Assembly: GCF_018350175.1 (NCBI RefSeq)
Contig: NC_058382.1
Span: 57,290,001-57,354,000, forward strand
Length of the DNA: 64,000 bases
Reading direction: 5' to 3'
DNA from: Felis catus
Taxonomy: Eukaryota
Each line of letters begins with the position of its first letter. Position 1 is the first letter of the stretch. The translations under genes and the position numbers were made by a program. Of this stretch, positions 48,885-63,029 are shown one piece after another. The notes under the pieces are model-generated. The model made no database searches. It saw only the letters and a list, made by a program, of their open reading frames with translations, and was not told the DNA's origin.

Positions 48885-50480
48885 TCACCAGGAATTTCAT
48901 ATTTTCCCTTTCCCCTGTCTTGCTTTTCCTCCACTCCCCTCCCTCTGGAAGCCACTGGTTTGTTCTCCGTACTTAGGAGTCTATTTCTCTGTTTATTGTT
49001 TGGTTGGTTGGTTTGGTTTGGAGTTTGGGGGGATTTGGAGGGGGGGGATCTACATATAAGTGAAACCATATGGTGTGTGTCTTTCTCTGACTTATCTCAC
49101 TTAACATATTGTTCTCCGGGTCCATCCATGTTGTTGCAAATGGCAAGATTTCATTCTTTCTTGTGGCCAAGTTTCCGTTGTATAAATATATACCGCCTCT
49201 TCTGTATCCATTCATCTACCGGTGGACACAGGTGGCTTTTTAAAGAACGTTTACTTATTTATTTGAGAAAGAGGGAAAGAGAGCAGGAGAGGGGCAGACA
49301 GAGCGGGAGAGAGAGAATCCCACGCAGAGCCCAACGCAGGGCTTGATCTCACGGTTCGCAAGATCATGACCTGAGCCGAAGTCAGGAGTCAGACGCTTAA
49401 GTGACTGAGCCACTCGGGAACCCCAAATTGCTTAGTTATCTTGATTATGGTAAATAATGCTGTAAAAAACAGGGATGTATATATCTTTTCAAATTCACGT
49501 TTCCATTTTCTTTCGGTAAATACCTAGAAGTGGGACGACTACATCATATACTTCTAGTTTTCATTTTTTGAGGAGCCTCCATACTGCTTTCCCCAGTGGC
49601 TGCACCAGTTTGCATTCCCACCAACAGGTTCCCTTTTCTCCATATCCTTGCCAACACTTACTTCTTGTCTTTTTGGTAGCCATTTTGAGTGGTGTGAGAT
49701 GACCCCTCCCTGTGGTCTTGATTTCGTGTCTCCGCTGATGAGCGATGTTGAGCATCTTCTCATGTGGCTTTTGGCCATCTGGATGTCTTCTTCGGAGAAA
49801 TGTGTGTTCGGGTCCTCTGTCTATTTATTATTTTTTATTTCTGACCTCCTTAATTTCTTTTATTTTTACTTATTTTTTAATTTACATGCATGTTAGTTAG
49901 CATATAGCACTATATGATTTCAGGAGTAGATTCTCATGATTCATCCCCTACGTATAACACCCAGTGCTCACCCAACAAGTGCCTTCCCAATGCCCTTCAC
50001 CCATTTAGTCCATCTCCCCACCCACAACCTCCCCAGCAACCCTCAGACTGTTCTCTGTATTCAAGAGTCTCTTATGTTTTGTCCCTCTCCTTGTTTTTGC
50101 ATTATTTTTGCTTCCCTTCCCTTATATTCATCTGTTTCGTGTCTTAGCTTCCTCATAGGACTGAAGTCATATGATATTTGTCTTTCTCTGACTGGCTAAT
50201 TTCGCTTAGCATAATATCCTCTAGTTGCTAATTTTGCTTGGCATAATACCCTTCACCCACGTAGTTGCAAATCTTCTGCCTATTTTTTAAAATCAGAGTA
50301 TTTGTGTTTTGGCGTTTGAGTTATACGAGTTCTTTATTTATTTGTATAGTAGTCCTTTATGCAACATGCGAGTATTTTCTGCCATTCTCTATGGCCGCCT
50401 TTTTGTTTGGCTGATGGTTTCCTTCATGGTGCGGAAGCTTTTTGGTTTGATGTAGTCCCATTTGTTTATTCTTGCTAAGG
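48885..50480 (-). mobile_element. older L1 3' region with a nested SINE (49237-49424) and a nested younger L1 3' end (~49830-50272)
   Basis: The minus strand translates to L1 ORF2 C-terminal motifs (KNEILPFATTWMD, HMRRCSTSLI). The nested piece has its own T-rich tail. Confidence 0.85.
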
Positions 50481-51021
50481 GATTTCATTAAAAAATATAT
50501 TTATACTTGCTATAAAATTTACGAATCTACTGAAATCTGTTTTAATTCATGGGTTCACAAAAAAACTTTTAACTCTAGTGGATCTTCTTCAGAGGATGAT
50601 GAGGAGTCAACTTGTTGCCTTGGAAACTGCTAAACGGAAGGGGTCATGCAGCCATTCTGCCTTTCCCATTCCAGTTGGAAACCCAGTTGGAGTTTCCCTC
50701 CTTAGGAAAGTATTCCAGCTGATACTTGGAAGGAATTTGGGGATTAGAATACCACAGCTTTGCCCAACGCATTCGTCAATCTAGACCTTGAGAACCAGTG
50801 AGTCCCCACATCACAAAAAGAGACGGGCAGACGTTAGGAGCCAGGGGGATGGTGCCCGAGCCTGATCCAGCGTCTGGATCACACCCCCAGTTCGCAGGGA
50901 GTTCAGAGCACAGAGGAACATGCAGAACTGAACTTGGAGTGTGGACAGTGGGGGCTGCTACCTACCGGCCACCGGCCTGGGTTCCTCAACACGCAAATTG
51001 TAAGGGGGAGGAAGGTGGATG

Positions 51022-51500
51022 GGGTTGCAGACAGGAAAGTGGCCCCTAACAATATCCATGTCCTAATCCCCAGAGCCTGAGAACACGTGACCTCACGTGT
51101 CAAAAGGGACTCTGCAGATGTGACTGGGTTAAGGATCTTGAGATGAGGAGGTGCACCAAGTGTAACCAAAAGGTCCTCATAAAATGGAGCAGGAGGGTCC
51201 AAAGAAAGGTGACTCAGCACGAGCAAGACGCGACCAAACATTTCTGGTTTTGAAGATGGACGAAGGCCTCCCGAGCAGAGAGATGCAGTGGCTTCCAGAA
51301 GCTGGAAGAGGTAAGGGAATGCACAGTCCCCCCCCCTCCCCAAGCTTCTGGGAGGGTCACTGCCCTGCCAGAGCCTTGATCTCAGTCCAGTGTGACTATT
51401 GCAGACATCTGACGTCCAGAACCGTCAGGAATCAGATTGGGCCATTTTAGGCCGGTGAGTTTGAGATTATCTCCTACCATAGCAACGGGCAATGAATGTA
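51022..51500 (+). mobile_element. MLT1 (MaLR) solo LTR
   Basis: atatccatgtcctaatccccagagcctg..aaaagggactctgcagatgtga..ttaaggatcttgagatg..catagcaacgggcaatgaat. Confidence 0.8.
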
Positions 51501-52741
51501 GAGAGGAGACCTGTCGGTTAAGGAAATTCAAAGCACACACCAAGTTAGCAAAATGCACAAGAGCAAAGTAGAGCGCCATGTAAGGAAGCGAAGAGCCTGC
51601 GAACATCAAAGTCAGGAGAATGGGCCCATCCGTGCGGCGGGAGGCGGTCGTCGTCTGAGGAGGGCACGTGGCAGGGCTCCCGGGGAGGGTGGCCCCCTCC
51701 CCCCTCTCTGTCCCAGCTGGCTGGTGGCTTCAAGGGGGTCACCTGATAAGTCATGAAGCCGCACCTTTGTTTGGTGTGGTTCTTTAAGAGCGTTTTATTT
51801 TACATCTAACGAGGTAAACATAGTAACAGTTGCGAGGATGGTTTTGTAGTGTAGAATCAGACCTCCTTCGCAGCCGCACGAGATGGGCACTTTCTCCCGG
51901 TCTTGCTGAGGTTTCTTTGGCCGGCGACGCGGGAAGTGGCCCAGAGAGAAAAGGAAAGAGGTCTGCGGGGCTCATGACTTACATTACGCAAAGGAGCGGG
52001 GGCAGGGCAGGCCTGTCAACCAAGGGACCGGGGGTGTGAGAGCGGTGTGCCCGTGTACCTACAAGCCTCAGTGGCCTTGCCCCCCAGCTGCCACTCTCTG
52101 TGCTGTCCTGTGCTGTCTCCCCATTTCCTGGCAAGACCAGGCTCCGCGTGCCCAGCATGGCGACGGGCCCCACGAGGCCCCCTTTCTTGTTTCCTTCTGT
52201 CCCCTGCATCGTTTCCCCGCTCCCTCTGCCAGTGTGTCCTGGGGTCCCCTCCCAGGTGACTGGCACTCAAATCTTTGTCTCAGGGTTTGCTGCTGGGGAA
52301 ACCCCCAGCCAGACACAAAGAGAAGGCGTAACTAGGTGGGAGGAGATGTTAATCGAAAACACACAGATGTTGACGATATCTGTGCCCTGTTTACGTGCCC
52401 GGTTCTGCCACTGGCACTGCCTGGCCCCGGCTTCCCACGAGCCCTGACGCATGGAGGCCCTCGATACCTATTTGGTGGACAGACCCATGGGCACACACAG
52501 CCGATGGCCCACCTCCCGTTAGAGAAGGTGAGAGGGACCGATCTTTCTTCCTCCCCTCGCAGACTCCTGGCAAAGCTGATACCCTTCCACTAAATTCCCT
52601 TTTTTGCTTAAAATAACCAGAGTCGGTTTCTACTGCTGGCAGCTGGGTCGTTTCTGAGACACCCAAGTAACGCTCAGCTCTACCTGAAGGCAAAACAGAG
52701 CCCGAGCCCCCGGGCAGCTCGGGCCAAAAGTTTGATACGAA

Positions 52742-53535
52742 GGGGCGGGCGCCTGGCTGGCTCTGTCCGTGAAGCGTTCGACTCTTGGTGTTGGAGTTGT
52801 GAACTTGAGCCCCACGTCGGGGGTGGGGTTTACTTTTAAGAAGTATCTTTTTTTTACAGTTCGTTGCGGAGAGAGAAGTGAACAGCTCCTCAGCTTTTTG
52901 TTTTAAATGTTTATTTGTTTATTTTGAGACGGATCGAGCAAGCAAGCAGGGGAGGGGCAGAGAGAGAGAGAGAGAGGGAGGGAGAGAGAGAGAATCCCAA
53001 GCAGGCTCCGTGCTGTCAGCACAGAGCCTGACTCGGGGCTCGAACTCACGCAATGAGGTCATGACCTGAGCCGAAATCAAGGGTTGGACGCCCAACCGAC
53101 TGAGCCACCCAGGCGCCCCCAGATGTTTTTTTAAGTTATCCTATCCCCTGATGCTCGCTGAGCTCCAAAGAATAAATAGAATTGTGTTCTGTAACGAAAA
53201 CAAACGTATTTAAAACTTCAACAAAGAAAGGAGAGGAACACAGTACCTCGGGGGACATGGTAACATCACGGGTGGACCCGTGTGGTTGCACACGTGTTTC
53301 AAAGTCACGGGCAGGTGGGGCGCCTGGGTGGCTCAGTCGGTTGGGCGGCCGACTTTGGCTCAGGTCATGATCTCACGGTCTGTGAGTTCGAGCCCCGCGT
53401 CGGGCTCTGTGCTGACAGCTCAGAGCCTGGAGCCTGCTTCGGATTCTGTGTCTCCCTCTCGCTGACCCTCCTCTGTTCATGCTCTGTCTCTCTCTGTCTC
53501 AAAAATAAATAAAACGTTAAAAAATTAAAAAAAAA
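52742..53535. mobile_element. three CAN-SINEs (+ short 52742-52840, - 52895-53119, + 53317-53535)
   Basis: The last copy has a perfect 15-bp TSD aaagtcacgggcagg. Confidence 0.88.
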
Positions 53536-55384
53536 GTCACGGGCAGGCATTGAAGAAGGTACCGTCAGCTGCCTTGTTCCCCGTCATTTCAATCAGTCCT
53601 TAACAGCCCCTGTAGGGTCCGCCTTCTTCTGGTCTGGCTGGTGAGACACGAGGCTCGGGAAGTGGGGCACGTGGTGGAGGGTTCCGGAAAGCGGTGGGAG
53701 CGTGAGACCCAAGCCCATGTGACTGGTTCCCCAAGTGTCTGTGGCAATCCTCTGTCTCCCCAAGTCCTTCCCACCCTCCTCACTTCCTCTCCACTGCCCG
53801 GCTTGGCCCAGAGACCCGCGGGAGAGAGCGTGACGCTCGGGCTCCCGTGAGCTGCTCTCCCCTGGGGCCAGCGTGTGAGTAGCAGAGCCCCCCCTCCCGC
53901 AGGCAGGTCCCAGGGGTGGGACCCTGCGAGCAACGGCAGCTCCCACAGCAGCCCCGCTTCTAGCCCCTGGTGACTTTGACCGGGGGGGGGGGGGTCCTGA
54001 AAAGGGAGCCTGTCCTCGGCCAGGAGCACCTGCAAATCCACAGTGGTGTGGCTTGGCCCGCTAACCTCTGCCTCACCTGCCTGAGCCTGCCTGGCAGCCG
54101 GCTGGGTCCCATCCAGGGTGCACTCGGGGCCGGGTTTCGGGCTTCCCACGGGCGGGGGTGATGCCAGGCCCCGGCTGCGGGCGGCAGGGGGCCACCTCCG
54201 CGGGCGTTTCCTCCTGCGCCAGGCCAAGAGCGCGACTGTTCTGATCACATGTCGGCCAGGAGCCGCAGACGTTGTGCAAACACCCGTCTCCGGGACTAGC
54301 TGTCTCCTCCCCTTCTCCCCAGCCAGGCTCCTCCGCCCCACCTCCTCAGGGGTCCTGCCTGCCCTCCCGGGTAGACCGTCCCGTGCCCCTTTGTGGGCCC
54401 CCACCGGGTCCTGCCCGCAGGGACGTCATGACACACGCCATGTGGTCTGCTCCTCCTCCACCAGGCCCAGGGCTCTGGGAGGACAAGGACTCTGTGGAAC
54501 CCACATCTCCCTCCCCGTCTATGGCGCGTCGCAGGCACACGGTAGGTCCTCAGTGTAGGATTATTGAATCAGTGAACGATCAAATGGGTGAGGTTGCGTC
54601 TGCCTTCCGAAAGGGGCGGAGAGCTTCTGGGGCGGGGCCTGGGCCTCCTGCGTGCCCTCGTCGGCTCGATGCCTGGCAGCACGGGCTGGCCAGAGCAGAC
54701 CCGCGAGCCGGTGAATGAACGAATGAAGGAAGGAAGGAAGGCGTTGCTGTGCAGCACGATGGGGATGCGCGCGGGTTCTGACCCCAAACTCCCGGGACAC
54801 GAATTCTGTCTTTCCCTCTTCTCTTGGTGGTGTGGCCGTGATCAAATCACCCAGACACGCTGTGCCTTCCAGCCCACAAAGCTCTGCGGGCGCTGATCGG
54901 TAGAAGGGGAGGTCACCCAATGGGGAAAACGGGTCCCCAGGGATCTGGGTGGGGGGTCCACACCAGCGGCTCCGGTTCCCTCGTCCGTGGAACGGGGGTG
55001 CCGGCGGCTGACAAGGAAGGTGTGTGTTTTGAGGGTCACCCGAGGGCAAACACCCGAGTGAGCCCGGACCCTGGACCAAGTCAACAGTTCTGTTCGCCAG
55101 TGTTGTTACTCCCCTTCAGCGGACAGTCTCTCTCCTCTGTGCTCGCTCTCAATAAATATTTGTCCAACGAATGAGCCAGCTCTCCCGCCAGTCCGCCGGG
55201 TTCAAGGTACCTGCCCCTTCTCCTCCCGAGCGGGTTGTCCGGAGCCTCTGGGTCCGGGCTGGCGGGTGGAGAAAGCTGACCATGGCAGGTGTTGCCACAG
55301 CATGTCACCCACCCCCCTGGGAGCACCCCTGTCTTCCGGGGGGCATGGCCATTGTCCCCCAGCCTCCCCTGCCTCCCTTCACTG

Positions 55385-55590
55385 AGCCCAGGTGGCTCAG
55401 TTGGCTGAGTGTCCCGCTCTTGATTTCGGCTCAGGTCCTGATCTCGCGGTTTGTGAGTTCGAGCCCCATGTCCAGCTCTGCGCTTAGAGCCTGGAGCCTG
55501 CTTGGGCTTCTCTGACTCCCTCTCTCTCTGCACCCCCCCCCCCGCCCCCATCTCTCTCTCTCTCTCTCAAAAATAAACGTTAAAAAAAAA
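55385..55590 (+). mobile_element. CAN-SINE
   Basis: Typical body. Confidence 0.85.
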
Positions 55591-57502
55591 GGATAAAGAC
55601 TTTTTCCTAGACCCACATTCTCATCCAGAATTACACGTGCATTAGATTGCTATAACTCTTTAGTGTCCTTTGATCTGGAATATTCCATGGCCTTTCCTCG
55701 TCTTTCACAACGTTGACATTTTTGGAGAGGACAAGTCCGTTGTTTCCTAGGATACCTGTCATTCTGGGTGTGATGCCTCCTTCTGATGGGCTTTGGGTCA
55801 AGAGTCGCAACAGGAATACCCAGGAGTGAAGTACACATCCCCCACTGCATCATATCCGGGATCAGACGGTGTCACCTGTCCCATCGCTGGTCCTGGTAAT
55901 GCTGGTCCCTCGGTTAAGGTCAGGTCTGCCAGGTTCCTCCACGGTAACGGGACTGTTTTCCCTCTGTAACTAATAAATGTCTTCTGGGCACCTCGTGTCA
56001 GACCGTGTAGATATCTTGTATCTCATGAAGCGATCACCTGCTTTTATTTGGATTTTAACAGATTTTTTTCCCCCCTGGAGCAAAACTTACCTACAGAAAA
56101 ATCCACAAAGTGCTCAAGGAACTATTCCAAAGTGAACAGGGCAGGGGGGCCCGAGGGGGCCTTTAGTGAGGTGCTCTGGGAGGGGCTCAAGCCTGGGGCT
56201 GAAGGCAAGAAGGAGGCCCTCTAAAGAGCTGGGGGTGGGGGGGGGAGTGTGGGGAGCGGGGCTGGGGAGGCCGGCTGGGGTGGGGGGGCTGCTGGCGGAA
56301 GCCAGTATAAGTCTAGTTTTCTTGGGAGGGCTCCCAGAGCCCAGGGTGAGGTCCCACGGTTTCTGGAGGGGGCCCCAGGAAACAGAAGTTCTACCCCTTC
56401 TGAAATTCTCACTCTCCGGCGGCGTGAGCCCAGGCCAGCCTGCACCAAACCAGGGGAAAGAAGGTCCGGCCCCTTTCCAACAGCAGCGTCCCTGAGAACT
56501 GACCCTCCCCCCCCTTCAGGGACAGTCTCACTTGGGAACCCTGGGCCCGAGGAGTTTTCAAAGGGAGTAACCGGGAACTTTGAACTCTTTTTATTATATC
56601 AGAAGCCAACAGAATTTGTTCATTTAACGACAGTTAGGTTTCCCAGTTTAGCCACATATAATCTCATCCGTTTTCTGTTCAGTAAATACGTATACAGGGT
56701 CTCCTTTTAAAATACACCTTTGTTGAGATCGAGATCGTTGAACATCAAGTTCGCTATGGTTTTTTTTTAACTATTTTATTTCTCTCTGAAACGCAGAAAC
56801 ATCATAAAGTGCCGGGAGTTTGTGGGAAGCTCAGGGCGGGTGGGGATGCCCCTGCTTCCCCGGCACCCTTGGGGAGGAGCCCCAAGTGAGTTAAAACCTG
56901 AGGGGTGAGTAGGTGTTAGAGGAGGGAGGGTTGGGAGTGAGGGGCTGTTGGGGAGCGTTCCAGGCAGCCAGGGAAGAGTCTGTCCCTGGGGCCCGGGGGA
57001 AGGGAAAGGGGGTAGCCAGGGAGTGGCAAGAGCAGGTGTGAGTCTCAGGACGGTGGCTGGGGTGGGGGGCAGGGAACTAGCCGTGCAGGTTTTGAGGGTT
57101 GTTCCAGGACACCAGCTCTGCTGTTCCAGGCTGGGACCATCCCAGCCAAACAGGGGTGGCCACCTCCCAGTGACCCTGGGGAGTACAAACATAGGGTGAG
57201 CTGAGACATGGAAGGCCTTGGGCCTTTTGGTCTGGGACTGGAATTCTCTCAGACTCCGAGTGACGGGTCTGGATGCTTGCGAAGTTTGCAAACGAGAATA
57301 GTTTTCGAAAGACAGTCACGTCTCCACTTACAAGATAGTCTGAAAAAGCCCAACTATAGAAACAGTGGAAGGATCAGTGGTTTCCAGGGGTTGGGAGGGC
57401 AGGTGGGGCCCAGGGGAGTTTTCAGGGCAGCGAAACCATCTGTATGACACTATGATTGTGGATTCGTGACGTTACACATTTGTCACAACACACAGCACGA
57501 GC

Positions 57503-57707
57503 TGGTGGCTCAGTCTGTTAGGCGTCTGACTTCGTTCGGCTCAGGTCATGATCTCGCGGTTCGTGAGTTTGAGCCCCGCGTGGGGCTCTGTGCTGACAGC
57601 TCGGAGCCTGGAGCCTGCCTCACATTCTGTGTCTCCCTCTCCCTCTGTCCCTCCCCTGCTCACGCTCTGTCTCTCTCTGTCTCTCAAAAATAAATACACA
57701 TTAAAAA
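57503..57707 (+). mobile_element. CAN-SINE inside an old L1 3' fragment (~57310-57775)
   Basis: Typical body. Flanks carry L1 3'UTR motifs. Confidence 0.85.
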
Positions 57708-58428
57708 ACAATTTGTTTTAACCCACAGAATACACAACACCAAGAGTGAACCCTCATGTACACTATGGACTTTACCCATAGAAATCTCAGCCATACCATC
57801 ACCTTCTAGAAGGTTCCATAACACCCACTGCCCAAGATCATTCCTTCCTCTTCTGGAAATCTTTTGGCGAATAGCTTTATTCACGTGCCAGGTCCAAACA
57901 ATTGTGGCTACGGAGAGAGATAAGGGGGGAAGGGTTCCCAGGCCTGGCCCGTCCAATGGGGAGATGTCACCCCACGCGCGGTGATGTCTGCTCTGGGCGT
58001 GTAGCAGGTGGGAGCCGTGGGATCTCTGGTATGTATTTCCGCCTGGGGACTGAGCGAGTCCCATGACACATTCACCCAGCAGCTGGCGTCCTGCGGTCAC
58101 CTAGAGGCCCAGAAACGCTCACAGCAGCCATAGGAGTTGCTCAGCCAATGTCTGCCATCATTTGGCAAACAACGATTATGGAAGAAGTGACAGTGAGGGT
58201 GTGACCCCAACAGTGCCTGGAGAGGGGTTGTGTGTGTGTGTGCGCATGCTTTTGGTGCAAACGTGACTTCTTTCACTGTGGTGACACCAGCTGAGCACAC
58301 GCCCCCTCTCCCCCCTCCCCGGGGCCTTCCCTCCACATGGAATATTGTCCCCCCAGTGAACACCTGGTCCCTTACCTTGTCGGGGTCTCTGCTCAAGAGT
58401 CACCTCTCCTGCCTGCTCTGGCAACAAG

Positions 58429-58430
58429 AG

Positions 58431-58464
<34 letters not shown>

Positions 58465-58470
58465 TCTCTC
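58429..58470. repeat. (CT)n microsatellite
   Basis: Direct reading. Confidence 0.9.
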
Positions 58471-58484
58471 TGGGTCCCCACTCT

Positions 58485-59095
58485 GCTTACAACAAATCAA
58501 CAAATGACTGCGCCCTGGGGGTCGGGGAGGTGCTGAAAACAATAGAAATTTCTCGTCTTACAGTCTGGAGGCCAGAAGTCTGAAATCCAGGTGTGGGCAG
58601 GGCCGTGCTCCCTCCGAGGGCTCAAGGGGTGAGCCCTTCCTCACCTGTTCCAGCTTCTGGTGGCCCCACATGTTCCTTGGCTCATGGCTGCACCCCTCCC
58701 ATCTCTGCCCCGTCTTCATGGGGCCCTCCCCCTGCATCTGTCTCTCTCCTCTTCTGTCTCTCTTTTCTCTGTTTCTCTTCTTGAAGATTTTTAAAAAAAT
58801 TATTTTTAAGTAACTTCTCCACCCAACGTGTGGCTCGAACTCACAACCCCGAGATCAAGAGTTGCACACTCCACGGACAGTCAGTCAGGCGCCCCTCTCC
58901 TCTTCTGTCTCTTGCAAGGAAGGACACCAATCACTGGACTTAGCCCCCACCCTCCCCACCCCCAGTAAGTCTTGAGATCCTTAAATTAACTTAATGATGT
59001 CTTCAAATTTGTTTTCCCAAAGAAGGTACGTACATAGTGTCTGGGGGTTGGGATGTGACATATGCTTATGGATGGCCATTACTCGACCCACTATG
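58485..59095 (-). mobile_element. MLT1 (MaLR) solo LTR with a nested short SINE (58788-58894)
   Basis: aaaacaatagaaattt..acagtctggaggccagaagtctgaaatc..gggcagggccgtgctccctc. Confidence 0.8.
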
Positions 59096-59282
59096 TTCCA
59101 GCCTCACACAGCATTATGCATTGATTTATTCGCAGCCTATCACACCTGTCAGGAGAGAAGATACAAAAGTTCGAGAAGAGAGTCTTCTGTGTTTGTGCTT
59201 AAAACTATTTGCTGAATGAATGAATGAAAGTGGCTTTCTCACCCTAAGTTCCAATTTCTTCATCTATAAAATGATTATCTTC

Positions 59283-59491
59283 TTTTTAATGTTTATTTCC
59301 TTTTGAGAGACAGAGAGAGACAGAGCACAAGTGGGAGAGGGGGCAGAGAGAGGGAGACACAGAATCCGAAGCAGGCTCCAGGCTCTGAGCTGTCAGCACA
59401 GAGCCTGATGCGGGGCTCGAACCCACGGACCGCGAGATCGTGACCTGAGCCGAAGTTGGACCCTTAACCGACTGAGCCACCCAGGCGCCCC
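59283..59491 (-). mobile_element. CAN-SINE
   Basis: Typical body. Confidence 0.9.
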
Positions 59492-59602
59492 TAAAAAGAT
59501 GATCTTATTGCCTGTGTGCATGGCCATTAAAAAACAAACAGAATTGAGAGTTTATGTAAAGAGCCATAATTTCAAAAGAACTTAAAATTAAATGTGCACG
59601 CG

Positions 59603-59606
<4 letters not shown>

Positions 59607-59635
<29 letters not shown>
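59607..59635. repeat. (CA)n microsatellite
   Basis: Direct reading. Confidence 0.9.
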
Positions 59636-59637
<2 letters not shown>

Positions 59638-60548
59638 TCCCTTCAGAAAAGGATGCCTTCAAAATACCAACCGTATCATTTGTGAGTGAGGCTTATTACC
59701 AAAAAAGTTTCAGGTGCCTTAGGATTGCATCACATCTTTCCAACAGGGCGTATTGTCGGGAGATAATTTATGGGAAATGAAATGTCACCACTTTCGTATA
59801 GTGAATGGGAGTTGAAGAGCGTGACCTCATCGTTCAAGGTGCCCAGAGCAGATATTTCAGGAAAGGCAGGATGCTTGTGGCTGCGTCCCGCCCTTGACTC
59901 TCAATACCAGCCAAAGCATGAACATCCCCATCAGAGCTGCAGACTCAGAAAGTTTCCCAGTGAACCGCCTTGCCTGACCTGATTCCTTCAGAGCGGGACC
60001 CAGAAGTTGGCCAGCTGAAGGCAGAAAGAAAACTCTTGAAGGAAACAGTCTTGAAGTCCGTAGTGACGATCACGGAATCCAATCAAAGTGACTGAGGTAA
60101 TAAAGCACATTCAAAAACAAATATAAATAGCAGGTGTGATTCTGGGGGAAAGTGAAGAACTCACAACAGCAACGAAAAGACCAAAACAATAAGGTTTAGG
60201 TAATCAGATTAAATCCCTAAGATTATGGGGGAAAAAAGCAAAGATTTGAAAGAGAAATATGAAGCTGAAAAACCCTATTATATTGTAAAAAGCAGTCGAA
60301 ATAGATGGCATAATTATTTGTCTCTATGTCTGAAATGCTTTCAGATAGCCCCTGATAGAATTTTCAGTTTATTCTGAAATCAGCATAAAAGATGACAGCA
60401 CGTAGCAGACTGCTTGTCTCAAAAGGCACAGAAATAAAACATGAATCAGGACGATGGAAGCCAGTCTAATGGTAACAACTCCAACAATGTAGACATGACC
60501 CATTTCCCCAGATTAACGCAAGTAGCCTCAGATTGGGAATAAATATCA

Positions 60549-60747
60549 GGGACATCTGGGTGGCTGTCAGTTAAGTGCCTGGCTCTTGATTTTGGCTCGG
60601 GTCACGATCTCGCAGATCGTGAGATTGAGCCCCGCCTGGGGCTCTGCACTGAGCGTGGAGCCTGCTTGGGATTCTCTCTCTCCCCCTTGCTTTCTGCCCC
60701 TCCCCCGCTCACGTTCTCTCTCAAAATAAATAAACATTAAAAAAAAA
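60549..60747 (+). mobile_element. CAN-SINE
   Basis: Typical body. Confidence 0.88.
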
Positions 60748-60959
60748 GAATAAATTTCAACGAGCTGCTATTGATGAGAGAGACACATCGAATAAATATT
60801 TGGGGGCCTTTACCATGTTTCAGGAAAATTATTTTCCATGGCAGACACTGAACAGATGCACAATGATGAAGATATAATAGTCCCCTGCTTCACAGAGTTT
60901 ATATTCTGGGGGGGGAAATGAAACCAGACAGCTAAAAATAAGGTACCAAGTTTCGATCT

Positions 60960-61470
60960 CACAGGCTAACCCATGCAGAAGAAACAGTGGCAATAATTAA
61001 CTCTACAAAGTGTAGTTTAAGGAATACGTTTTAATGAGATACAGGAGGCATTAAACATTTAGAAGAGTCATCACGAACAGGTAACTTATATGCACCAATC
61101 AACAGGGAAGTGTAATACAAAAAGCAGAAATTCAGACAACAAGGCAACAAATGGATGGGAAAGCAATTAGACTGGGAAATTTCAAACTCTTCATTATCTT
61201 CCTATGTGAGATCAGTTAGTCAAAAGTAAGAACGTGAACAATGTCACTAGAAAGTTAGAATGAACAGAGAGTGGACTGATTTGCCAAGAAGAGTGCAGCT
61301 CCCCAATACCCTTTCAAAGAATACACCAACTTTTCGGGCGCCACTGAAATATTTACGAAAGATTGCATGCAACTCAGGCACCAAGTCCCAACAAATTGAG
61401 AGAATTAGCAGACGTGTGTGCGGGCTGATCCCAACACAACACAAACAGAAATTAAACTTAAGCCTAAGGG
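60960..61470 (+). mobile_element. ancient L1 ORF2 endonuclease-region fossil
   Basis: A-rich + strand. aacttatatgcacca reads NLYAP and gggaaatttcaa is GDFN-like. Many stops and frameshifts. Confidence 0.55.
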
Positions 61471-63029
61471 TACCCATTCAGCTGCTTCCAGTCCCATGGC
61501 TTTAACTGCTTTCTCTGTGGTCCACTCCATTTTTTGTTTTCATCCCAGTAGGTCTGGGTGTTCCACAATATCCTCCACCCAGAGTTTCCTTCATGAAGGC
61601 TCTGGGTGTTCTTAAACTGGACCCACAAATTCTAGCCTGGGCATCTCCGAACAGAGGCCACTGTGACGGGATCCAAGAGGTCGAGCTTTAAGGGAAAGGC
61701 ACCTGGCCAACACATCACTCCCTGTTCACGGAGGCTGCCCCGCCTGGAGAAACCACGCCTGATCGACACTCTTGGGAGAGCATCAGATTCTATGCCAACA
61801 AGACATTCTTCCTCCCTGGATCCAATACTGTCTCAAAATCTCAGAATGCCAGTTAGAAAGAACCTCAGAAATAATTAAGCTGAGTTCCCATGTATGTTTT
61901 ATATTAATAATAACATTTACTGAGGACCTACTATGTCAGGGACTGGAGAGTATTGTTAGGCACTCTACAAATGCAAACAGTAGCCCAGATCTGTACAATA
62001 GGACTGTGAGGCTGGTTCCCAAGATCTCCTCTTTGCTCCCCCAGACCCACCTTCCACCCTCCTGCCTTCTCCTTTGGATTCTCAGCCCAGAAGTCTGCAT
62101 CGGTGGCTTCTGTTTCTCTCCACTTTCTGCTCACGCCTTTGTAAACAGGCTGTGTATCAAACTCTCCCCAAATTACTCAGTTTGAATGTGCCAGCCGTTT
62201 CCTGGTGGGACCCTGACTCAAAGGGAGGTAGTGCCGTCCCCATTTCGTGGATGAGCAAACTGAACTGGAGAGAGCTGAAGTTGCCCAAGGCCATGCATTT
62301 GGAAGGAACAATCCTGGGCTTTCAAATCTGTACTGACTCGCGCCACAATTTTGCTCTATTATTCCTAGGCCTTTGTTGACATTGGTGGAGACAGGCAGGC
62401 ACGACGCTGGTGGTCTCTTCTATTTCGGTCGGGAGAAAAGAGACGGGAGAAACAAGAAGGGCCACCAGAGCTGCCCCTCAGGTTGAGTGGGGCTGAGGTA
62501 GACACCCTTCGGGGAGCAGGTGGGGCAGGTGGCATGTATTTGCTCAAAAAGGGCGGCACCATTTAACGGAAGAACGCACGTGTGGCACTCTAGAGTTCTT
62601 ACGTTTAAGAAGCCCACTCTACAGACGAGGAAACTGAGGCACAGAGGAGAGGCACAGCCTTCCCCGAAGCTACCTCCCTACTAAGTGGTGGGTCTTGTTA
62701 TGGATTCCAGTCCCACGTGAAGCCAAAGCCCTTACACTTTCAATAGGGCCACTTGGAGGCGGGGTGGGGGGGGGGGCACCATCTACCCTGCACGTTCAGT
62801 CATGTGCCCCGGGAGCCATCTGACTCCAGCAGCTTCCGCGGGATGATGATGGCACCGCCACCAAGCCCTCCCTCCATCTCACTATGAAGGGCTCTCACGG
62901 TGGGCGTTTTACAGATCAGTCAACTAAGGCCCTGGACATCTAAGACGCCCGCCCGAGGTCCCGGGGTTAGCGAGCGCAGGAGCCCATTCTGCAGATGAGA
63001 AGAAAGGGCTCGAAGATCATCTACGACCA

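Noticed and set aside
53589..54404. 271-aa minus-strand ORF
   Set aside because: GC-rich stop-poor sequence with no domain or splice support.
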